DNA of 64,000 bases from Candidatus Uhrbacteria bacterium (lineage in GTDB: Bacteria > Patescibacteriota > Patescibacteriia > UBA9934 > GWF2-40-263). Location of the stretch: positions 95,073 through 159,072 of the forward strand of contig CAIMOJ010000046.1 in the NCBI GenBank assembly GCA_903843045.1, given 5' to 3'. The notes below the pieces were generated by a model that was given only the letters and a program-made list of their open reading frames with translations, did not search any database and was not told where the DNA came from. Shown in pieces: positions 49,229-58,900 of this stretch. The position numbers and the translations under genes were made by a program. Each line of letters starts with the position of its first letter. The stretch's first letter is position 1.

Positions 49229-50644
49229 ATGGCGACATCCCACGCGGACCACGAGGTCTGGCAGAAAGAGCAGAATTTCATCTCGCAAAAGCGCAAGGAG
49301 AACCGAGAGCTGTTCGCGTCGTCGGACAAGGGCGCGTTCGATCTGTATGATCGAATCGGCATCACGTCGCATCCGCCGCAGCTGCCGAAGGGGTACGTGA
49401 AATATTCGCCGCTCGACTTCATCGTCGAGGAAATCCGTCCGGACGGAACGCTCATGACCGTCGACGGCCAGCCCGCCGTGCCGGAGACGCCCGACGGCGA
49501 GGGGACGATTTACGCGGATCTCACCAAGCTTGGCATCTCGACGCTCGACGCGGTCCAGCGCATGACCGACGTGCTTGGGGTTCCCCAGGACAAGATCGGC
49601 TACGCGGGAATCAAGGACGCGGTCGCGCTTACGGCGCAGCGAATCAGCGTCCGCGGAGGGTCGCTTGAGGCCGTGAAGAATCTCGCGATCACCGGCTGCC
49701 AGTTTCGACAGGTGGTCGACGGCAAGGGCGTGATCTCGACCGGCAACCTGAAGGGGAATCGGTTCACCCTTCTCATCCGCACGGAAGGCGAGCCCGACAA
49801 GGAGGCGTTCGCCGCGGCGATCGAGCTGGTGAAGACGCGGGGCGTGATGAACTACTACGGCACGCAGCGCTTCGGCACGCCGCGGTTTCTCGCCCACCTG
49901 TTCGGCGCGCACATCATGCGCGGCGACCTCGAATCGCTCATCAAGGCGTACCTCATGCAGCCGAGCCCGTACGAGCTCCCGTTCTACGCCAACATCCGGG
50001 CCGAGGCGGCCGCGGCGTATGGCGACTTTGCAAAGATGCAGACGATCATGGGAGTGCTCCCCTACTCGTTCCGCTACGAGCTCCAGATGCTCGAGGAGCT
50101 CGTCAAGAACCCGACGGGCTTCGAGGCGGCCATGAACCGCACGCAAAAGCAGGCGGACCTCTGGGCCCGCGCCTACGCCAGCTATCTCACCAACCTCATC
50201 CTCGCCGACGCGGAAAAAAACGGAACCAAGCTCCCGGACCGCATCCCGCTCCTCATCACGCAGGAACCGGAGGCGAAGCAGTTTTACGCGTCGTGGCTCA
50301 AACAGCACGGAACGGAGAGGTACATGGAGAACCTGAGAAAGTACCGGTTCATCAACGTGGGAAAGAACCAGACCATCGAGCCCGTCATCCGCCCGACGGT
50401 CCATGATTACAAGTTCGTCCCCGAGGGAATCGTCATCTCGTTCGACCTTCCGAAGGGCGCCTACGCGACAACGATCCTGATGTACCTGTTCGACTCCGTC
50501 AGCGGAACGCCGATTCCGGAATGGATGAACACGGCCGAGGTCGACACCAAGGAACTCCTCGGCACCGGCTCGCTCCGCCACGTCCGCGAACAATTTGCCG
50601 GGGAGATCGTTTCGGCGATGGCGAACAAGACGGACGACGAGTAG
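49229..50644 (+). CDS. truD: tRNA pseudouridine(13) synthase TruD
   Basis: 471 aa with catalytic-Asp motif GIKDAVALTAQRIS and NYYGTQRFG. Extended -10 TGgTAGAAT upstream. Confidence 0.88.
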   Translation: MATSHADHEVWQKEQNFISQKRKENRELFASSDKGAFDLYDRIGITSHPPQLPKGYVKYSPLDFIVEEIRPDGTLMTVDGQPAVPETPDGEGTIYADLTKLGISTLDAVQRMTDVLGVPQDKIGYAGIKDAVALTAQRISVRGGSLEAVKNLAITGCQFRQVVDGKGVISTGNLKGNRFTLLIRTEGEPDKEAFAAAIELVKTRGVMNYYGTQRFGTPRFLAHLFGAHIMRGDLESLIKAYLMQPSPYELPFYANIRAEAAAAYGDFAKMQTIMGVLPYSFRYELQMLEELVKNPTGFEAAMNRTQKQADLWARAYASYLTNLILADAEKNGTKLPDRIPLLITQEPEAKQFYASWLKQHGTERYMENLRKYRFINVGKNQTIEPVIRPTVHDYKFVPEGIVISFDLPKGAYATTILMYLFDSVSGTPIPEWMNTAEVDTKELLGTGSLRHVREQFAGEIVSAMANKTDDE

Positions 50645-50752
50645 GCCGAAAAAACAAAGAGACCCCGGGCAACGCGGAGATCGAGACGAGCACCGTGTGC
50701 TCGGGATCTCTTTGTTGCCACGGGGTCAGGGACCTCGCAGCGGGGCCGCGGG

Positions 50753-51466
50753 TCAGACGCGCTCGTAGCTCAGGCCGGTCTCGCTGAAGCTGAGCTTCTT
50801 GACGGTCGCGGGAGGCAGGCCGTCGACTCGGTGGCTGAGGTTCAGCGTGACGCTGCCGTTCGGGTTCGAGAACCCATGAACGTGCTCATACGCGCTGGCC
50901 AGGACGGCGTCGATCTCGCCCTGCATCGCGGGTGAAACCGAGAAGGGCACCGCCTCTTCGCCCTTGCTGTACCAGAGCTTGAGCTGGCACATCTTGTCGC
51001 CGGTCTTGTGCTCGATGTAGACCCGCTCGAGAACGTAGCCGGCGGCGAGCAGCTCCGCGGGAACCTCGGAGAGCAGGCCGAGCGCGAGCCCGTCCGTCCC
51101 CCAGATCTTGGTCCCGCTGTCCGCCTGGACGTTGCCGGAGCCATCGACGCGCAGGCCGTTACCGGAGCCATTGGCCTGTGCCTCTGCCATGCGCGCGTTC
51201 GCCTGCTCTTGCATCTTGCCGACGGACTTCTCCCTCAGCTCGACACCAGTCCGCATGAGCCGGCCCGCGGCCTTCTCGTTGATGCGGAGGTTGATGCCGA
51301 AGGACGTGGGAGCGATTGAGAAATTGTACACGGTCACCTCAAGGAAATATGCCCGGGTTGGGCGGTCACGACGTCCAGGAATGGAAACGGCGCTAGATTC
51401 ATGGTCGTTTTCTCCGTGGTGGAAAATGACTGCGAGTCTTGCGCCGCTTTCAATCGGGTGGATCAT
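50753..51466 (-). CDS. Hypothetical protein
   Basis: 237 aa. -35 TTGACA / N17 / -10 TATTCT sits about 20 nt before the ATG at 51466 (short leader). Alternative start MRTGVELREK at 51256. Confidence 0.45.
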   Translation of the reverse strand: MIHPIESGARLAVIFHHGENDHESSAVSIPGRRDRPTRAYFLEVTVYNFSIAPTSFGINLRINEKAAGRLMRTGVELREKSVGKMQEQANARMAEAQANGSGNGLRVDGSGNVQADSGTKIWGTDGLALGLLSEVPAELLAAGYVLERVYIEHKTGDKMCQLKLWYSKGEEAVPFSVSPAMQGEIDAVLASAYEHVHGFSNPNGSVTLNLSHRVDGLPPATVKKLSFSETGLSYERV

Positions 51467-51529
51467 CGTCGGAAAAGAAGAATACCACCTTTTGGAGGTT
51501 TTGTCAAGTGATCGATGGTCAGATTACGC

Positions 51530-52066
51530 TTATCTCACGTATAAATAGAGCTTTGCCGCCCCAGGCATCTCGTCGACTTTCGTGGGATTCCAATCCGGAA
51601 TTGGCCAGACGAACGAGACGAGTCGCGCTCCCGGTTTCAGTTCCGCTTCCAGTTTTGGGCGGATTTTTTCGTAGGTTTCAGGGAGAAGAAAGAGATATAC
51701 CGCGTCGGCGTCGCGAAGGTCGTAGGCGAACGCGTTGCCAAGGACGAAGCGGGTGTTCCAGGAACGCGTGATGATTCGACGGATCTGCGCGGCGATCCAC
51801 TGGATAATCGAGAGCTCGACGCCGACGGCGATGATCTTAGACCTCACCCTGTCCCTCTCCTTTTGAAGGAGAGGGGAGCTTAGAGCGAGGACGACCCTTC
51901 CGTCCCCGCAGCCGAGCTCGACGAATTTCTCCCCGTCCTTCAAATCCAACAGCCGTCGAATGCGCTCGATGTCCCGCTTGAACGTGGGAACCCAGGGCGC
52001 GCCCGAGGCGGAGGCGTAGGCGAGGGAAAAGAGGAGAATGAGGATTGGGATCCAGAGGAGGGACAT
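51530..52066 (-). CDS. Membrane-anchored class I SAM-dependent methyltransferase
   Basis: N-terminal TM, SAM motif I VELGCGDGRVV. Contains the extra peptide SSPLLQKERDRVRS encoded by mini-element copy 4. Paralog of the 59870-60412 gene. Confidence 0.7.
   Translation of the reverse strand: MSLLWIPILILLFSLAYASASGAPWVPTFKRDIERIRRLLDLKDGEKFVELGCGDGRVVLALSSPLLQKERDRVRSKIIAVGVELSIIQWIAAQIRRIITRSWNTRFVLGNAFAYDLRDADAVYLFLLPETYEKIRPKLEAELKPGARLVSFVWPIPDWNPTKVDEMPGAAKLYLYVR
51840..51876 (-). repeat. Intragenic palindromic mini-element, type II, copy 4 (in the methyltransferase gene)
   Basis: The reverse complement reads CCCCTCTCCTTCAAAAGGAGAGGGACAGGGTGAGGTC. It is translated in a different frame from copy 3. 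Confidence 0.8.
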
Positions 52067-52146
52067 AGCGGGCGTATTTTACCACGCATTCCCGTCTCTT
52101 GCGCGAAAAACGACATTCGGGTATTATTCTCCTCGCAAAGGGAAAT

Positions 52147-52281
52147 CGGGCTGTGGCGCAGATGGTAGCGCGCTTCGCGAGGGAGTGCAGGCGCAGAGAG
52201 GAGCCAACTGCTTGGCTCCGAACCGCCGGAACGGGCATGGCGTTATGCATCAGCATAGCCATGCACGGAAGAGGCCGTGGG
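52147..52281 (+). pseudogene. Scrambled partial tRNA-Pro copy (5' half 31 nt + 87-nt unrelated insert + 15-nt 3' fragment)
   Basis: 52147-52177 CGGGCTGTGGCGCAGATGGTAGCGCGCTTCG is identical to nt 1-31 of the intact tRNA-Pro. 52267-52281 GGAAGAGGCCGTGGG matches its anticodon-stem 3' side through the T-stem 5' side. The intervening 87 nt (52178-52264) contain the local hairpins GGAGCC...GGCTCC and GCATGGC...GCCATGC. No T-loop or acceptor 3' strand is present. Confidence 0.5.
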
Positions 52282-52297
52282 GGAAAATCGAATTAGT

Positions 52298-52373
52298 CGG
52301 GCTGTGGCGCAGATGGTAGCGCGCTTCGTTCGGGACGAAGAGGCCGTGGGTTCAAATCCCGCCAGCCCGACCA
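52298..52373 (+). tRNA. tRNA-Pro (anticodon CGG)
   Basis: Acceptor CGGGCTG/CAGCCCG, D-stem GCGC/GCGC, anticodon stem CTTCG/CGAAG with loop TTCGGGA, T-arm GTGGG-TTCAAAT-CCCGC, discriminator A, CCA encoded. Confidence 0.85.
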
Positions 52374-52374
52374 C

Positions 52375-52407
52375 AAAGAGACTGTCGCAAGACAGTCTCT
52401 TTGTTTT
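52375..52407 (+). terminator. Intrinsic terminator after tRNA-Pro
   Basis: AAAGAGACTGTC-GCAA-GACAGTCTCTTT followed by GTTTT. Confidence 0.75.
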
Positions 52408-52414
52408 GCACTCC

Positions 52415-53398
52415 CTAGTAATCGATCCCTTCCCGCGCCTGCACCCCGCTGTAAAAATAATGCTTTCTTAATCTCATCTCCGTCACCAGATGCGCGTGGT
52501 CGAAGAACGCGTCCGGCGCGTTGCGGCCCGTCAGGACGACCTCGGTCTTCTCCGGTTTCTCGTCGAGGACGGACAAGACGGATTCGACGGACAACATCTT
52601 CAAATCGGTCGTCGAGTTGATCTCGTCGAGCACGACCAAGTCGTATCCCTCCGCGAACATCCTGCGAACCTCCTCGAGCCCGCGAGCCGCCTCGTCGCGA
52701 TCGATTTGCTGGATCGAGAAGTCGAACCGGTTCGTCACCGGATCGATGCGGTCGCGGCCCGTGGCGACGTATGCGGTGCCGACGCGATCGAGAATCGTCC
52801 GCTCCGAGTAGTGCGTATTCCCGCCCTTGTCGAAGAACACGATCCCGACCTTTTTTCCCGCCCCGGCAGCACGCACCGCCTCGCCGATTGCCGCGGTTGT
52901 CTTTCCCTTTCCGTTTCCCGTAAACAGTTGGATCAGTCCCAACCCCTGCCGCCCCACGATCGCCTTGTCCGCCGCGACGACGATCCCCTCGCTCTTGCGA
53001 TACGCGTCGACGACCTCCGCGATATGCCACGCCTCGATCTTTGCGCCGCGCGGATCGATCCAATCGTAGGAGACGTGCTCGTTCGACAGGACGATCTCGA
53101 CCTCGCCGACGGGAACGACGAAGTACAGGCAGAGGACGTATTCGACCTGGCTTGCCGTCTCGCTCAATTCCAACCCGTGGTAAATGCGTCGTCCCGCGAA
53201 GAACGGCTGGATCCCGGCCACGTCCAGGTCGAGCCCGGTCTCCTCGCGCAGTTCGCGCCGCAGTCCGTCGTGCGTCCCTTCCCCGGCGTCCATCCGCCCG
53301 CCCGGAAGGTCTTCCTTCCCGTTCGCGAGCCGCAGCATCAGGATCTTTCCGTGCGGATTGACGAGCAGCGCCTTGTTCGACACGTACATTTTTTCCAT
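52415..53398 (-). CDS. NUDIX hydrolase fused to cob(I)alamin adenosyltransferase (CobA/CobO/BtuR family)
   Basis: N-terminal Nudix box GGRMDAGEGTHDGLRRELREETGL. C-terminal P-loop QLFTGNGKGKTTAAIGEAVRAAG and VLDEI. Start MEKMY at 53398 (alternatives 53389, or GTG 53416). Confidence 0.8.
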   Translation of the reverse strand: MEKMYVSNKALLVNPHGKILMLRLANGKEDLPGGRMDAGEGTHDGLRRELREETGLDLDVAGIQPFFAGRRIYHGLELSETASQVEYVLCLYFVVPVGEVEIVLSNEHVSYDWIDPRGAKIEAWHIAEVVDAYRKSEGIVVAADKAIVGRQGLGLIQLFTGNGKGKTTAAIGEAVRAAGAGKKVGIVFFDKGGNTHYSERTILDRVGTAYVATGRDRIDPVTNRFDFSIQQIDRDEAARGLEEVRRMFAEGYDLVVLDEINSTTDLKMLSVESVLSVLDEKPEKTEVVLTGRNAPDAFFDHAHLVTEMRLRKHYFYSGVQAREGIDY

Positions 53399-53420
53399 AC
53401 GCCAACATGCTATCACGCCG

Positions 53421-53449
53421 TTGACATCCGGGCCAAAATGGCGTATGTT
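53421..53449 (+). promoter_or_regulatory. Sigma70-like promoter TTGACA-N17-TATGTT with SD AAGGAGA
   Basis: Sits immediately upstream of ATG 53479, divergent from the cobO fusion gene. Confidence 0.5.
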
Positions 53450-53478
53450 CGTGGCGGCATTTCGCCAAGGAGAAGTTC

Positions 53479-54243
53479 ATGCGTGGATTCTGTCTGTTGC
53501 CAGGGACCGTCAAGGGCGAGGCGTGCACGGTGCGCGTCCATCCGCTCAATCCGAACGCCGAGTACTTCGGCCCTCCCATTCCTCCGGAAATGAACGAGCT
53601 GTTCGAACGCACGCTGGACGCGACCGTCTCCGAGCTCGGAGGACCGCGGGTTGGCGGCGGGCGTCACGTCGAGGTCCGTCTCATCGACGAGTGGCTCGAG
53701 ACGAACTCGCGCCCGGGGCTTCGCAGGCTGTACGGCGGCGAGCCGCCCGCGCCGTTCAAGTACGAGCTGGCGAGACTCAAGCACTACATGAACGGCTGGA
53801 CGCGCGAGACTGACATCAAGGTCGGCTCCAAGGCGTTCATCTGGATCAAGGAGACGGGCGACATCCCGTGGCTCCACCGCGTACCCGATCAGCTCCCGTC
53901 CGCGTTCCCCCGCTACCCGCACGCGCAGACGGTGGGCTTCTGGGAGGCACGCATCGAGGCGATCAGCAAGCCCGCGGAAGGAATTCTCGTCCGCAAGGTG
54001 CGCGCCGTGCTCACCGACCTGCGCATCCGCAACCACGAGAACAGCGCCGTCGCCGTACTGCACGGACAGGAGCCCTGGATCGACTACACGGTGACGCTCG
54101 CCGCGAACGAGACCCTCGCCGCCATGGGCGAAGCCTGGGGCGCGCTCGGCGACTGGACCGAGGCAAGGACGCGCGGAATCAAGGTTCCCCGCTGGCTCCA
54201 GGACGTGGGCGAGCAGATCTGGGACCCGGACGACCTCCTCTAA
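53479..54243 (+). CDS. Hypothetical protein A (254 aa) of the orphan cluster
   Basis: Own promoter and SD. Terminator AGCCCCGAC-TCCG-GTCGGGGCT plus a T-tract at 54243-54270. No recognisable domain. Confidence 0.55.
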   Translation: MRGFCLLPGTVKGEACTVRVHPLNPNAEYFGPPIPPEMNELFERTLDATVSELGGPRVGGGRHVEVRLIDEWLETNSRPGLRRLYGGEPPAPFKYELARLKHYMNGWTRETDIKVGSKAFIWIKETGDIPWLHRVPDQLPSAFPRYPHAQTVGFWEARIEAISKPAEGILVRKVRAVLTDLRIRNHENSAVAVLHGQEPWIDYTVTLAANETLAAMGEAWGALGDWTEARTRGIKVPRWLQDVGEQIWDPDDLL

Positions 54244-54317
54244 GCCCCGACTCCGGTCGGGGCTCTTTTCATTGACAATCGGGAAAATTCCTGTCACGAT
54301 CTCCCTCGGAGAGTCAC

Positions 54318-54737
54318 ATGGCAAACATCGTATCGGACCGACTGCTGTGCGCCATCGGCCGCGCGCCCGGGACCGATCCGCCCCCGGATACGTTTCGAGA
54401 AGGGTCGCACAGGGAGCAGTTCCGCGCCGAGTGGGATGGCGATATCCCACTGGCAGTCGCAAACGTAGCCCTCGCGCTCGAGATCGCCCGCCGCAGGATT
54501 TTCACGCGCGTCATCCTCGACGTCCTGAGGGCGTCCTCGACCTCGCAGATTCCCCCGATGGCGAAACGACAGCACTTGGAAAAGCGCAAGCTCGTCCGCG
54601 GAGAGATCATCGACGGGCTTGGCCACTGGGACGTCGCTCCCGCCGGCCACGAGCTCCTTCGTTCCTCCGCAATCGTCGCGACGATCCCCGAGGAGACGAT
54701 CCGCGCCATCCTTGCTCGCCACGGAATGGCAGCCTGA
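54318..54737 (+). CDS. Hypothetical protein B (139 aa) of the orphan cluster
   Basis: Preceded by TTTCATTGACA (-35 TTGACA at 54273-54278). Terminator GACGACCG-AACC-CCGGTCGT plus T6 at 54736-54761. Confidence 0.5.
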   Translation: MANIVSDRLLCAIGRAPGTDPPPDTFREGSHREQFRAEWDGDIPLAVANVALALEIARRRIFTRVILDVLRASSTSQIPPMAKRQHLEKRKLVRGEIIDGLGHWDVAPAGHELLRSSAIVATIPEETIRAILARHGMAA

Positions 54738-54824
54738 CGACCGAACCCCGGTCGTTTTTTCATTGACAGGATTGAATTTCCATGCCAGCATATTCGCGCA
54801 ACGCCATGACAAGGAGATCGAGCC

Positions 54825-55430
54825 ATGGGCAGTCCACTCAGCCTCACGGAATTCAAGCGGATCAAGAGACAGCACGGGCAAAAGGTCGCGGAAGCGGCAA
54901 ACCGGGGGGAGTACGCGCATCTTGTGCGACAGATTCGGACCCCCCTCACGGTGTCCGGCCCCGATTTTGAGGAGGTCGAGCGTCCGCCTCGCCAGGAGAG
55001 ACCGGAACGTCCATCCGTCGAAAGGACGGCGCGTCCGTTCATGGTTCGACCGAACCCCTTCCCGACCGAAGCGGTTCCTGAAGTTCCCAAGAAGGAGACG
55101 ATCGTCGAGGTACCAAAGCCGAGCCGACCGATCCTGAACCCCATCCAGGCGCGGTTCGCCGCCATCGCCTGGAACGTCCAGGGGCAGCTGAGGCGCCCGC
55201 CGACCAAGGCCGAGCTCGAGGTCATCCGGGAGAGGATCTTCTTCGGAGGGAACTTCTTCGGAGCGATGAGCGCGCTCGAGCGTCTCGGCGCCGTCGCCCG
55301 CGACGACGACGGCGACAGCATCCGCTACCGCGTCCACGAGCCGCGAACGGCGGCCCTGCAGCCAAGCGACTACAAGATCGTCCGCGCGGCCGTGACGGGC
55401 GTCACGAACGAAAGCGACGAGCCCGCTTGA
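54825..55430 (+). CDS. Hypothetical protein C (201 aa, Pro/Glu/Arg-rich middle) of the orphan cluster
   Basis: Preceded by TTTTCATTGACA (54764-54769) and SD AAGGAGA. Confidence 0.5.
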   Translation: MGSPLSLTEFKRIKRQHGQKVAEAANRGEYAHLVRQIRTPLTVSGPDFEEVERPPRQERPERPSVERTARPFMVRPNPFPTEAVPEVPKKETIVEVPKPSRPILNPIQARFAAIAWNVQGQLRRPPTKAELEVIRERIFFGGNFFGAMSALERLGAVARDDDGDSIRYRVHEPRTAALQPSDYKIVRAAVTGVTNESDEPA

Positions 55431-55819
55431 CTCGAACGGCGTTTCCGAAGACAATTGTCCTGCCAGCCATCCGCTCCCGCCACACCCCGAGGTTCTCCGC
55501 CATGCCCCTGCCCCCGCAAACGTTCGCCCCCACGCCCGAGCCGCTCACCAAGCTCACCTATCTGCTCCTGTGCCGCCTGTGCGACGACCACGACGCCGTC
55601 GTCGTCCCGCGCGACCTGTTGCTCAGCCATATCGCCCGGTGGTCGCTCATCGACAACCCCGCCGGCACGCTCGATCACCTGCGACGCAACAAGGTCGTCG
55701 TTGAGCTGAACGACGGCCGCGTCCGCGTCCGCCGCCCGAAGCGCGATCTCAAGAGCCTTCCCGGCTCGCTTCCGCACAACTGGCTCCTGCTCCTCCGTGG
55801 AACGACGGCCACCCTCTGA
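55427..55819 (+). CDS. Hypothetical protein D (up to 130 aa) of the orphan cluster
   Basis: Overlaps gene C by 4 nt. Alternative internal start MPLPPQTF at 55499. Terminator GACGACC-AATC-GGTCGTC plus T8 at 55818-55846. Confidence 0.4.
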   Translation: MTRTAFPKTIVLPAIRSRHTPRFSAMPLPPQTFAPTPEPLTKLTYLLLCRLCDDHDAVVVPRDLLLSHIARWSLIDNPAGTLDHLRRNKVVVELNDGRVRVRRPKRDLKSLPGSLPHNWLLLLRGTTATL

Positions 55820-55963
55820 CGACCAATCGGTCGTCCTTTTTTTTCGGCCTGCGGGCTTCTGCGAATAACGTATGAGCTGCCAATCACACAAATTGCTACG
55901 GATTGCCACGAATACAAAAGGCCGGGGGAATACCCTCGGCCTTTCTTTTCGTCAGCGGTTGGA

Positions 55964-58900
55964 TCAGCTACATCCCGACGTGCTTCCGCAATTCAGACAC
56001 TTGTAACACGCGGCGTTGCGCACCATCATGGAGCCGCAGGTGTCGCAGGCCGGGGCGTCGGAGTGGTTGTCGAACGTGCCGGTGAGGGACGGCGCCTTGG
56101 TCGCGGCCTTCGGGGCGGCGGCGAACAGGTCGATCTGGGCGTTCGGAACGGAAGTGACGGCGTCGGACCCGTGGAGCTTTCCCTCCAGTTCCTTCATTTC
56201 GTCGACGACCACGTCCTCGACCACGTTGATCCCGACGGCGCGCTGGGCCTCGACCGAGAGGAACTTCATCGCCATCCAGCGGAAGATGTAATCCACGATG
56301 GACTTGGCGATGCGGATGTTCGGGTTGGTGGTGTATCCGCTCGGCTCGAAGCGCATGTGCACGTACTTGTTCACGAACACCTGCAACGGAACGCCGTACT
56401 GAAGCCCCACGGAAATGCTCGCCGCGAACGCGTCCATCAGGCCGGAGATGACCGAGCCCTCCTTCGCCATCGTGATGAAGATCTCGCCCGGCGTGCCGTC
56501 GTCGTACAGGCCGACGGTGATGTATCCCTCGTGATTGCCCACGGAGAACTTGTGCGTGATGGCGCGGCGCTCGTCCGGAAGGCGTCGGCGCTTGGCCTTG
56601 TACTCGTCCGTGACGACCGCGGCGGCGACGGGCTTGGGTGCCTCGACGGTCTCAACGGCCTTCGCTACCTCCTCCGCGTTCTGTTTCTTCGCGTCCTTTT
56701 CCTTGCTCGTCGTCAGCGCCTGCTGTCGCTTCGAACCGTCGCGATAGATCGCAATCGCCTTCAGCCCGAGCTTCCAGCCTTCCATGTACACCTTTTCGAT
56801 ATCCTCCACCGTCGCCTCGTGGGGCATGTTGACCGTCTTCGAGATGGCACCAGAGATGAACGGCTGCACGGCAGCCATCATGCGGACGTGGCCCATGTAC
56901 TGGATGGTACGCGTCCCCTGCGCGGCCTTGAAGGCACAGTCGAACACCGGGAGGTGCTCGGCGCGGATGTGCGGCGCGCCCTCGATGGTGTCGGCCTTGT
57001 CGATGTACTCCAAGATCTCGCGGATCTCCGTCTCGGTGTAGCCGAGGCGGTGCAGTCCTTCCGGCACGGTCTGGTTCACGATCTTCATCATGCCGCCGCC
57101 CACGAGCCACTTGTACTTCACGAGCGCGATGTCCGGCTCGATGCCGGTCGTGTCGCAGTCCATAAGGAACCCGATGGTTCCGGTCGGGGCGAGCACGGAG
57201 ATCTGCGCGTTGCGGAGGCCGTGGACCGACGCGTGCGAGACGACGTTGTCCCACGCCTTGCGCGCCTCGAACAGGATGTCGGACGGGACGCCCGACGTCG
57301 TGATCTGGTACGCCGCGTCGCGATGCATGCGCATCACCTCGAGGCAGGGCGCCTCGTTCTTCTTAAATCCCGCGAACGGGCCGATCTTCTCCGCGATCTT
57401 CGACGACTGGAAGTAGCTGTGGCCGCTCTGCAGCGCCGTGATGGTCGCCGCGAGGTTGCGACCTTCCTCGGAATCGTACGGGAGGCCGAAGCTCATGAGA
57501 AGCGCGCCGAGGTTCGCGTAGCCGATGCCGAGCGGGCGGTAGTCGAACGAGTTCTGCTCGATGGCCGGGGTCGGATAGCTCGAGGATCCCACGACGATCT
57601 CCATCGCCGTGATGATGATCTCGTTCGCCTTCTTGAACGAGTCGACGTCGAACACCTGCTCGCCGTTCACCACCTTGCGATACTTCATCAGGTTGAGCGA
57701 CGCCAGGTTGCACGCCGTGTCGTCGAGGAACATGTACTCGCTGCACGGGTTCGACGCGTTGATGCGGTCGGTGTTCTTGCAGGTGTGCCACTTGTTGACG
57801 GTGGTGTCGTACTGCATCCCCGGGTCGCCGCACAGCCAGGTGGCCTCGGCGGCCGCGCGCATGACCTCGCGGGCCTTGTACGTGAGCGAGGGCTTGCCGG
57901 TGGTCACCTCGTGCGTGGTCCAATCGCCGTCGGCCTCCACGGCGAACATGAAGTCGTCGGTGACACGGACGGAGTTATTGGCGTTCTGGAAATAGATCGA
58001 CGAGTAGGCAGCGCCGTCCATGGAGCCGTCGTATCCGGCGTCCATCAGCGCCCAGGCCTTCTTCTCTTCCTCCAGCTTGCAGGTGATGAACTCCATGATG
58101 TCCGGGTGGTCGGCGTTCAGGATGACCATCTTGGCCGCGCGGCGCGTCTTGCCGCCGCTCTTGATGACGCCGGCGAACGCGTCGAGCCCCTTCATGAAGC
58201 TCACCGGGCCCGAGGCCTTGCCGTTCGATCCGCCCATGTATTCCTGGCGCGAACGAAGCTTGGAAAGGTTGGAGCCCGCTCCCGAGCCGCCCTTGAACAG
58301 CATTCCCTCGGTGACGGCGAGGTTGAGAATCGAGCGCATGTCATCCTGCACCGAGTTGATGAAACAGGCCGAGCACTGCGGATGCGGGTTCACGCCCACG
58401 TTGAACCAGACCGGCGAGTTAAACGCGGCCATCTGGTTGGCGAGCAGGTGCGTGAGCTCGGCCTCGAAGACATCGGCGTCCTCAGCGGTTTGGAAGTACG
58501 CCTCGTTGCGTCCCCAGTTGGAGATGGTCACGGCCACGCGCGAAACGAGCTGCTTCACGGAAAACTCGCGGTCGGGAGCGCCGACCTTGCCGCGAAAATA
58601 TTTCGAGACGACGATGTTCGTGGCGGTCTGCGTCCAGGTCTTCGGAACCTCCACGGCCAGCTGCTCGAACACGGTCGCGCCCTTCTCGTTCGTGATGCGG
58701 GCGTCGCGGCGCTCCCATTCGATCTGGTCGTACGGGTGCATCCCCGGCTTCGTGTAGTAGCGGCCGACCGAGATCCCATGGCCGAACGTCGGCTGCTTGG
58801 CGCGGCGCGCCTCGACGGTGCGGAACGAAAGATAGCGCTTGGCGGCATGCGACAGGTTGTGGTCGATGAACGTCAGGTTCACGGCCTCGCGCACGTCCGA

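Noticed and set aside
52147-52281. tmRNA or intron-containing tRNA interpretation of the partial tRNA-Pro
   Set aside because: No tmRNA tag-reading-frame or pseudoknot features are present. An 87-nt insert is far too small for a group I intron. The T-loop and acceptor 3' strand are missing.
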